Assembly: GCF_006345805.1 (NCBI RefSeq)
Contig: NC_042998.1
Location: forward strand, 168,020,001 to 168,084,000
DNA: 64,000 nt
DNA from: Octopus sinensis
Taxonomy: Eukaryota
Reading direction: 5' to 3'
Position 1 is the stretch's first letter, and every line of letters starts with the position of its first letter. Shown here piece by piece: positions 54,953 through 64,000 of the stretch. The translations under genes and the position numbers were made by a program. The notes below the pieces were generated by a model. The model saw only the letters and a list, made by a program, of their open reading frames with translations. It searched no databases and had not been told where the DNA came from.

Positions 54953-54994
54953 ACTGATCGATGCATTTCGAATTCGTTAATTCTCTTCAGCAGT
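54953..54994 (-). ncRNA. Compact hammerhead-like motif, U16.1 apparently mutated
   Basis: ACTG-CTGAAGA-GAATT(AACG)AATTC-GAAA-TGCATCGAT-CAGT. Confidence 0.45.
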
Positions 54995-55502
54995 AGATAA
55001 CGAGACGGCTTTCAACTGATTAAGAAGTGAAGCTGCTTTTATCGAAAATCAATCGCTATTATTAACTGATTGCGCACATTGGCCACCAAGTTGAAACAAA
55101 GTCGTGAGACAAAGTACAACTGAGCTACAATAAATTTTTATTGTCATTCTCAAGATATCATTCCCTTCTCCTAACAAGATCTACGATTTATTTATTCATA
55201 TTATGTAACTTTTGTCTAAATTTCTCAAAATGACAAAACCATGGTTTGTTCCTGTGGAATATGTAATCAAACAGTATCGTAAATTATAATTATGCACAAA
55301 AAAAAAAAAAATTCAGGTGGATACACTTTTGTGTTCTCCACCTTAGATTTTCAGTTTTTACTTAAAAAAACACTTTTGGATGCCCGTCGGATACAAACCT
55401 ACATCTCCTGTAGACATGACGGACAGCCTCCAACATTTTCTATTGAAATGAGCTTTCCCCAACATTTACATGCTATTATTTATAGAGTTATTAAAGCAAC
55501 GA

Positions 55503-55705
55503 ACTGACAGAGACGTTAGCACGCCGGGTAAAATGCTGAGCAGCCTTTTGTCCGTCGTTACGTTCTGAGTTCAAATTCCGCCAAGGTTGACTTTGCCTTT
55601 CATCCTTTCGGGATCGATAAAATAAGTACCAGTTGAACACTGGAGTCGATGTAATCGACTCATCCCCTCCCGCGAAATTGCTGCCCTTGTAGAGAAATTT
55701 GAAAC
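55503..55705 (+). mobile_element. Family C SINE
   Basis: GACGTTAGCACGCCGGG..GAGTTCAAATTCCGCC..CCCTCCCGCGAAATTGCTG. Confidence 0.85.
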
Positions 55706-55840
55706 TGTTATTTATAGGGTTATATGCTTCGAGATCCATTGTTTCAAAAAGAAACATATATTTCATTCAAAATTACATGTATGTTGATAATTATATCTAT
55801 CTATTTATATCAAAATAAGCAACAAGGATATCCAGAGGTA

Positions 55841-55934
55841 ATGCAGTACGATCGTTTCATGCAACGCCATTTAAGTGAACAATGCAATCATTTCATTACA
55901 TCAACTTAAAATGGAAAGCAATCTTCAGCTGCAC
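55841..55934 (-). ncRNA. Type I hammerhead ribozyme motif with extended stem II
   Basis: Stem I GTGCAG/CTGCAT, CTGAAGA, long stem II (TGC/GCA, CCATTT/AAATGG, AAGT/ACTT) with U.U at 10.1/11.1, GAAA, palindrome ACGATCGT, GUA triplet. Confidence 0.72.
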
Positions 55935-56409
55935 AAAGACATAGAATTTAATTAAATCAGAAGGCCACATTAGCATAATTTTACCCAAAATCTCCAAGAG
56001 GATAAAGAGATAGACAAAGAACATATTTTACCAACAACATCACAGATGTAACTGAAATTTTTTCCAAGAAGACACTGTTTTTCACTGATTTTTCTGTTAG
56101 TTTTAATTACGGGGGATGGCGTCCGTTTTTATTTTATAGACTAGTTTATCAAATCTGAGAGAAGACAGACGGTAGTATCTGTTTGGGGTGGGGTAGAGTT
56201 GATGGAGTAGACAGACACTCTTGTGGACCAGGCAATCGCACCATGTAGTAATCCAGTATAGGTATCAAGTGGTTAAATGAATATATTCACCAGTCACACC
56301 TTTTTATGATCTATTCACACAAATATTTACATGTATGTACACACACATACACATAAATACATACATACATACATACATACATACATACATACATACATAC
56401 ATACATACA

Positions 56410-56443
<34 letters not shown>

Positions 56444-57120
56444 CATACATGTATATGTATGTATTACACTTGCACGAAGGTACAGAGTGACTCTTACTGT
56501 ATCTCAAGTTGCAAATATCTGTATCAAATTAAAATGACATTCCTCAAAATAAAATATATAAGTATACTACATTTGCCATTTGGAATAATCCGTGAGAAAA
56601 TTTAATTGCTAGCCGACTCACTTGAATCATCTCACTCCACCTTAATCACCTCTGTCTTTTTAATTTTCTTAACAACTTTGTATTTATGCCTGCCTATCTG
56701 TATGTATTTATGTATGTAAGCACGTATGGACATTTGTGTCTGAAATATATATATATTAAGAATGTATGTCTATGTATGTGTGATGAAGTGTATTATACGT
56801 GCGTGTGAATTGTGTTATTGTCAGAAAGTGATAGGCATGAGTAGTTAGGTAAAGATAGAAAGAAAGAAGAAAAAAGTGACACGAAGCAAAACGGAAGTAT
56901 TGAAAGCGAAATATAACGAACACCGTGTAACAAATGAAAGTGACTTAAAATCTGTTAATCACTTACTAACAAGTAGCACTTCAGCTTCTCGAGAGATACT
57001 CATATACATACATACATACATACATACATACATACATACATACATACATACATACATACATACATACATACAACATACATATATATATGCATTCATAGAT
57101 ATATATGTATGTAAAAAAAA

Positions 57121-57153
<33 letters not shown>

Positions 57154-57154
57154 G

Positions 57155-58617
57155 ACCTCTGACCTCACACATCAGCAAGGTCATGGAACGAATAGTCAGA
57201 AGGAAGCTGATCACCTTCCTTGAAGAGAATGACTTGCTGCCCGACACCAACATGGTTTCCGACAGGGAAGCTGTTTAACTCAGCTCCTACAACACTACGA
57301 CTGGGTCTGAAACGGCTGCTCAACCACTCAAATGTGGAAGTGATATATCTCGACTTTGCAAAGGCCTTTGATAAAGTCGATCATGGAATGATATGTCACA
57401 AACTGCGTGATCTCAACATAGTTGGAAAACTGGAAGAATGGCTTCATGACTTTCTGAAGGATAGAAGTCAGGTGGTAGTAGCCAATGGGGCCACCTCCAT
57501 TAACACACAAATAGTGAGCGGTGTTCCGCAGGGCACTGTTCTGGGACCACTACTGTTCATATATGGCCCTCTCAGACATCCCTCAGCCACGCAGAGAGCT
57601 ACGATCACAAGTTATGCAGATGATACAAAAGTTTCACAGGCAATACAGAACCCTGAGGACACTAAACACCTGCAATGTGAGCTGGACGAAATATACAAGT
57701 GGGCTGAAAAGAATAGCATGCAGTTCAATGCTGGAAAGTTTCAAGCTTTATACTATCAGCATGCAAAAATGAATTCAATACCCAATGAATACACTGGACC
57801 CGGATGGATTGCAATCCCAGAGGCACAATCAGTGCGTGACCTGGGTATTCACATGAGTGATGACGCGACCTTTCATGTACATGTTGCTAAACTGACAATG
57901 AAATGTAGACGGTTGGCTGGATGGATTCTTAGAACCTTAGAACAAGAGAACAAGAAACCATGATGGTGCTCTGGAAGACACTTGTCCTAAGCCACTTTGA
58001 CTATTGCTCTCAGCTATGGTCACCATCCAGTGTCAAGTTGATCACAGAACTTGAGGCGATCCAACGAAGCTACACAAGAAGATAGCCTCTATGCAGAATG
58101 TAAGCTACTGGGAAAGACTCAAGATATTAAAAATTTATTCCCTGGAGCGTAGGCGGGAAAGATATGCCATAATATACATCTGGAAGATCCTGGATGGAAG
58201 TGTCCTGAACTTTGGCATCGAGAGTTATGCAAATGCCAGAACTGGGCGCCACTGCGTGGTGCCTAGGACTCCAAACCGCCATCAAGATGTAGGACAAGAT
58301 TCTGTGATAGCTGGGCTTCCGAGGCCCACAGCTCTTCAATATCCTCCCGAAGAACCTGAGAGACCTGCATGGGGTGGATACAGATGTCTTTAAATAAAAG
58401 CTGGATCTCTTCCTGTCAGGTGTCCCAGATGAACCAACTTCACGGCAGGAGGGGCAGATGAGGGCAGCTGCATCGAACTCTCTCATGCACCAAATAGCAG
58501 TTGCTAGGAAAGCCTCCATGAAGTGAAACCAAGTAGCAACACCAAATGGCGGTGCCCCAGCATGGCCACAGCTCATAAGCTGAACTAGAAACAAACAAAA
58601 CAAACAAAACATAACAT
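57155..58617 (+). mobile_element. CR1/L2-group LINE, 5'-truncated ~1.45 kb with most of the RT domain, frameshifted
   Basis: LTSHISKVMERIV, VIYLDFAKAFDKVDH, SGVPQGTVLGPLLF, SYADDTK, VRDLGI, LERRRERYAIIYIWKIL. The 3' end GGCGGTGCCCCAGCATGGCCACAGCTCATAAGCTG is followed by (AAAC)n. Confidence 0.95.
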
Positions 58618-58744
58618 ATATATGTACATTATATATATATATTATATATATATATTATATATATTATATATATTATATATATATATATAGATATATATAC
58701 AGTATATATGTATATATACATATACACACATATATATACATATA

Positions 58745-58779
<35 letters not shown>

Positions 58780-59184
58780 CCTTAAATCCTTAAAAGTGTT
58801 CTAGCCCGAAGGCCGCGGCCATGCAGGGGCACCACCATATATATATGTATGTATGTATATATATGCGTGTATATATATATTATATATATACATATACAGG
58901 TATATATATATATATACACACATACATATTTATGTATATATAATATATATATATACATGAACAAATAGATCCATAGATTCAGTACTCAGCTTACAAAGAA
59001 TAAGCCCTGGTGTTAATTTGTTCGACTAAAAGCGGTGCCCCAGCATGCCGCAGTCAAATGACAGAATCAAATAAAAGAATAAAAGAACAAAAGAATATAT
59101 ATAATAAATATTAGGGAATAAATCTAAACTTACAGGGAAAAATGAGATTTAGGATTGAATCCAATTTTATAGTAAATATTTAAA

Positions 59185-59251
59185 CCACCTGATGAATGAC
59201 TGCGACTCAAAAATGTGAAGATGTTAGCAGGCATGAAACGATCGTAGTGTG
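59185..59251 (+). ncRNA. Type I hammerhead ribozyme motif in Penelope-like terminal sequence (59100-59330)
   Basis: CAC/GTG stem I, CTGATGA (59189-59195), stem II ATG/CAT + CTGC/GCAG, GAAA (59235-59238), palindrome ACGATCGT, GUA triplet. Confidence 0.72.
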
Positions 59252-59371
59252 ATATTAATGATATTTTTTTAATAATTTTGTTATATATTTAAATAATAGA
59301 TTAAATAATATTATGTATTGGATTAAGTTTTTCATGTTGATTTGCCTAATAGTGGTTTTGTCTCTAATTTA

Positions 59372-59422
<51 letters not shown>

Positions 59423-59588
59423 TATAATATATATATGTATGTATGTATGTATGTATGCATGTATATATATATGCATACATACATGCATACATACGTATAT
59501 GAATGGCTGTGTGGTAAGAAGCTTGTTTCCTAACTCCATGGTTCCGGGTTCAGCCCCACTTCGTGACACCATGAGCATGTATATATGC

Positions 59589-59639
<51 letters not shown>

Positions 59640-59674
59640 TGTATATATATTATGTATATATGTACATATATTTG

Positions 59675-59988
59675 TGTCATAATGTGGATCCTTGTCCACT
59701 TGTATGTTGTTGTCGGCACTGTAATAGTCTTGTCTCCATTAATATATTGTGGCGGTGTTCCTCGTCTTATCTTGATTTGTAAATCGTGCTATCGCTGATA
59801 GCGCTGCAAGACAATAACTTTGAAACGTTTACCTTGACGGTAACTCGAACCCGTACATATAACGTAACTGACACTGACTCCAACACTGCTGCTACTGACC
59901 GCCTACAACGACAGACTGTCTGACTTTATAGCGGCCCAATCATACCACTTTGTAACGTGGGAAAGAGTGTACCATTTTCACTACAACA
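59675..59988. mobile_element. Possible solo LTR
   Basis: TGT...ACA termini, flanks ATTTG/ATATG (4/5 match), GC-richer unique sequence without an ORF. Confidence 0.4.
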
Positions 59989-60031
59989 ATATGTTTGTGT
60001 GTATGCATAGAGAGAAGGGCTATATACATAT

Positions 60032-60433
60032 ACTCTTTTACTTATTTCAGTCATTTGACTTTGGCCATGCTGGAGCACCGCCTTTAGTCGAGCAAATCGA
60101 CCCCATGACTTATTCTTTGTGGGCCTAGTACTTATTCTATAGGTCTCTTTTGCCGAACCGCTAAGTTACGGGGACGTAAACACACCAGCATCGGTTGTCA
60201 AGCGATGTTGGGGGACAAACACAGACACACAAACATATACATACACATACATATATATACACATATATACGGCGAGCTTTCAGTTCCCGTCTACCAAATC
60301 CACTCACAAGGTTTTGTTCGGCCCGAGGCTATAGTAGAAGACACTTGCCCAAGGTGCCACGCAGTGGGACTGAACCCAGAACTATGTGGTTCGTAAGCAA
60401 GCTACTTATAACAAACACAGCCACTCCTACGCC
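60032..60433 (-). mobile_element. Family B SINE, full length
   Basis: Close match to 50648-51067. Confidence 0.92.
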
Positions 60434-60438
60434 TATGT

Positions 60439-60509
<71 letters not shown>

Positions 60510-62108
60510 ATATATATATTATATATATATATTATATATAATATATATATATTATAGCAAATACGTTCTTTAATGTAAACACACATGTATGTATGTATGT
60601 ATGTATGTATGTATGGATGGATGGATGGATGGATGGATGGATGGATGGATGGATGGATGGATGGATGTATAAACATATTTATGCGTGTGTGAGTGCGTGT
60701 TTACATTACATTAATAAGATATTCAAAAGAAAGATTCTATAAGAGTATTTGTAAGCCAACTTTTTAGAGTTATGTATTATACTGAATAACTAAATATAAG
60801 CATGATTTAAGGCATAAATATGCTAAAATGAAAAATACCTATAACCGGACCTCATAGAAACTAGTTGACTAAGTACAAGATACAGTGTGAAGCATTATCA
60901 ACTGATCTTACACAAGGATCGATTTGATTTCATGCAGATATATACAAACTCATATGGTCACAGTGTGTCGAATTTCAGTGAAACTATAGATATTCAAATC
61001 CTCTCAGATTTATGTGAGTGACATTTCTTACGATGCTGGGTCAATAAACACAACCATAGTTGAATCGAAATATTTTGCCAGAAATATCATTCACAATACA
61101 TCAGAAAATTCTTTTCCAAACAAGAATCTAAGAGATTACTCTGTAGAGGAAACGAGCGATATGTGTAGAAAGATTCAGTTTTTTAAAAAAAATTACTTCA
61201 GCATCAATAAATTAGGCACGGGTGTGGATGTGTTGTCAAGGAGCATGATTCCCAACCATGTGGTCTTGTAGTTCAGTCCCACTGCGTGGCACGTTGGGCA
61301 AGTGTCTTCTACTGCAGCTCTTGGTTGACCAAAGCTTTGTGAATACATTCAGAAACTGAAAGTCCGTCGTATATATATATATGCATAGGTATATATCTAT
61401 GTGTTAGTGTGTCTTCGTGTAACGCTTAGCAGTTTGTGTGTAAACTCATGACCCTAAGTTTAGCAGATAGCAAAATTCATTTAAACTCTATATAAATTCT
61501 AATCTGTTATATTTATGTGTATGGCTATGAATGCAAGACTGTTTGTACGTGTGTCTATTATTTTACCTCTCTCCCTCACTTTCACTCTCTCTCTCCTCTC
61601 TCTCTCTCACTTTCTCTTTGGCTGTCTGTCTGTGTGTCTGTCTCTCTCTGTCTCTCTGTCTCTCTCTCTCTTTCTCTCTCTCTCTCCGTCTCTCTTTCAT
61701 TCTCTATCTCTAAAAATAGAATCGGGAATTCAAGGAATTATATTCTAGTTCCCGGGTATTTCCAGCAGTTTGATTTAGCGAATAATCATAAATTGCTAGA
61801 GCCGTAATGAAGTGCTCTGACGGGTCAACAAGAAATCCTTTACATTAAACCACAAGAATATTATCATTTAGCCATACACACACACACACTCACACATATA
61901 CTTGTATGAGTATGTGTATATATGTATGTATGTATGTAGGCATGTATGTATATACGTATGTATGTATATATATGTGTGTGTATATCTGTGTGTGTGTGTG
62001 TGCATGTGTGTGTGTATATATATATGTGTGTGTGTGTGTGAGATATTATTGTTTATAATAATATCAGTGGCTTAGCATGCGTAAAAAACGCATAATAGTA
62101 AAAAACTT

Positions 62109-62188
62109 ATCAATTAATAATTAAGGGTACTAACAAGCAGTACCGGCATGATGATACTACTTGTTAGTACCCTTAATTATTAACTGAT
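62109..62188. repeat. 80-bp hairpin (34-bp arms, 2 mismatches)
   Basis: ATCAATTAATAATTAAGGGTACTAACAAGCAGTA pairs with TACTACTTGTTAGTACCCTTAATTATTAACTGAT; 12-nt loop. Confidence 0.9.
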
Positions 62189-62189
62189 G

Positions 62190-62232
<43 letters not shown>

Positions 62233-63208
62233 CATATATATATACATACATATACATATATATATATACATACTTATATTATATATATATGTATATATGT
62301 ATGTATGTGTGTGTGTATGTATGTATGTATGTATGTATGTATGTATGTATGTATGTATGTATGTATGTATTTATGTGTATGTGTGTGTATGTGTTCCTTA
62401 AACGCATCAGGTACTTCAAATATAAGAAAAGTAGGCTTTTTTTCCCACAGTATGCTTTTCTAAGCAGGTCAGCTTAGTCGACGCGGAAGTTGATGACATT
62501 ATGTGAATCACAATAGTAACTGATCTGAACAGTCACACTTTTAAAGTTAATACCGCCGGCATCGACGGCCTTGTAAATGACGTAGCCACTCTCAAAGGGG
62601 GAAAGCCCTGCCAAATAGCTGGCACTCCCTTGCCATTTGCTCTCTTTCGTTTTCTGTTATATCTCTGTTTTTCTTTATCACTACTTGCTCCTCTCGTTCT
62701 CCTTGGCATATCTCTCTGTCCTCAGTGATCTTTCTCTGTCTCTCTCTCTTTCTCTGTGTATATATGCTCCGTGTGTGACTTTTTGTATATACTTACAAAT
62801 ATATCCAAACTTACTACACATGCGAACATGTTTGTATTATGTGCGTATATGTATACATAACCTAAATCTACGATAGCCTGTGTATATGTATGTGTGCATT
62901 TATGTATAGATACGCACGTGTGTGTGTGTGTGTGTGTATTTCTTACTATCGAAGTGAAACATTTCATGGTTCCTTTCAGTGACGTTTTTCTGACGTAATT
63001 ATGATTTATTGCGGGAGAAGAGACCGACCTAAATATTTATCGTTATCTCTCACCCACTAATAATGAAAATGAAATACTGATCATGTCTGCACATGGTCGC
63101 TTTTCCGTCAGTCTCGGTGGTGAGTATTAGGTTGTTCGACCAACGAATTTCTTCACATGAAATTAAAGTGTAAGCGACAGAATATTTCACGAACAGGCTT
63201 ACCATTAA

Positions 63209-63426
63209 CCCTTTAGTTTTCCGATTACTTTGTCATATGTAACGCTTATTTATTCATATTGTTTTGTATCAGTCGTGCGGTACGTCATAGCTCCGAGATT
63301 TCAATGATGTTTTTGTTTATTTTTAAGATGACATAGCAGAGTAGGTTTTAAAAGCTGGATCTTGCTCGCTTGAACATAAAACAGAGAATATTTGGGCTTG
63401 ATATGGCTGGCTTAAATGCTAATGGG
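63209..63426. mobile_element. 218-bp piggyBac-type MITE
   Basis: TTAA|CCCTTTAG ... CTAATGGG|TTAA. Confidence 0.8.
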
Positions 63427-63441
63427 TTAAATCAGAAAGAA

Positions 63442-63491
<50 letters not shown>

Positions 63492-64000
63492 AGACAGACA
63501 GACAGACAAAGACAGAGAGAGTGACAGAAAGAGAGAGAGAGAGACAGACAGGAATCAATCTAGGTATTAGACTTGGTAGTTTATGAACCTCGAAAACATG
63601 AAACACAAATTTCACCTCGACGGGATTTCAAGGTGGGATTTGAGGGCAAAGTACTTGAACGAATATCGCAAGGTATTTCAATCCCTCGCTCAAATGGCTC
63701 CGTTAATTCACTACTTGTTATCGGCATATAGCTTCTATTTGATATTTGAATTTATTCTTTTGTATGCATTACCTAGGCATACCTGCGCATAGTTTGCACG
63801 CTATGTGCATATAAGTCGTGACTGGCGATGTGATCATCCCCGATACAGTTCGGTTGCGCGAAACATCAATGTCCATCACTCCCAGATGGGGTTAAAGGTG
63901 AGTTATCTCACCTTCCTATGATTTTCAGGTATTTTTAACATCCAGCGCTTTGAGAGAGTATTCCGCACCACACCAAATCGCAGCCTACCGGCAAATAGAT

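Noticed and set aside
57220-57963. 247-aa ORF as a functional reverse transcriptase gene
   Set aside because: It is a fragment of a 5'-truncated, frameshifted LINE with no endonuclease or ORF1.
61032-61140. Minus-strand segment with a good acceptor and GTAAGA donor
   Set aside because: Stops occur in all three frames and there is no other support; such pairs arise by chance in 64 kb.

Overview
AT-rich eukaryotic non-coding DNA, most likely an octopus (cephalopod) intergenic region or large intron. This is an inference from extreme (TA)n/(TACA)n/(GATA)n/(AAT)n microsatellite density and three abundant tRNA-derived SINE families. I can support no intact host protein-coding gene, and nearly all listed ORFs are microsatellite or SINE artefacts. 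Recognisable content: decayed retroelements (two CR1/L2-group LINE 3' pieces, a Penelope RT+GIY-YIG relic, R4/Dong-like and HERO-like restriction-endonuclease LINE ends, RTE scraps, a LINE ORF1-like relic with a triplicated 330-bp block), DNA transposons (a full-length Tc1 relic, a mariner relic, Tc1-, pogo- and piggyBac-type MITEs), a 266-bp-arm inverted repeat and a GA-rich higher-order satellite. The most notable signal is a dispersed set of about 8 type I hammerhead-ribozyme motifs with self-complementary (dimer-type) stem III. They sit in Penelope-like terminal sequences next to (TA)n, several within long near-perfect palindromes. The copy at 34065-34147 has a fully canonical core. Other signals: SINE/LINE 3' stem-loop sharing with covarying stems, R4/Dong insertions confined to (TACA)n, and head-to-tail SINE multimers joined at one recurrent junction. 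All alignments and folds were done by eye.
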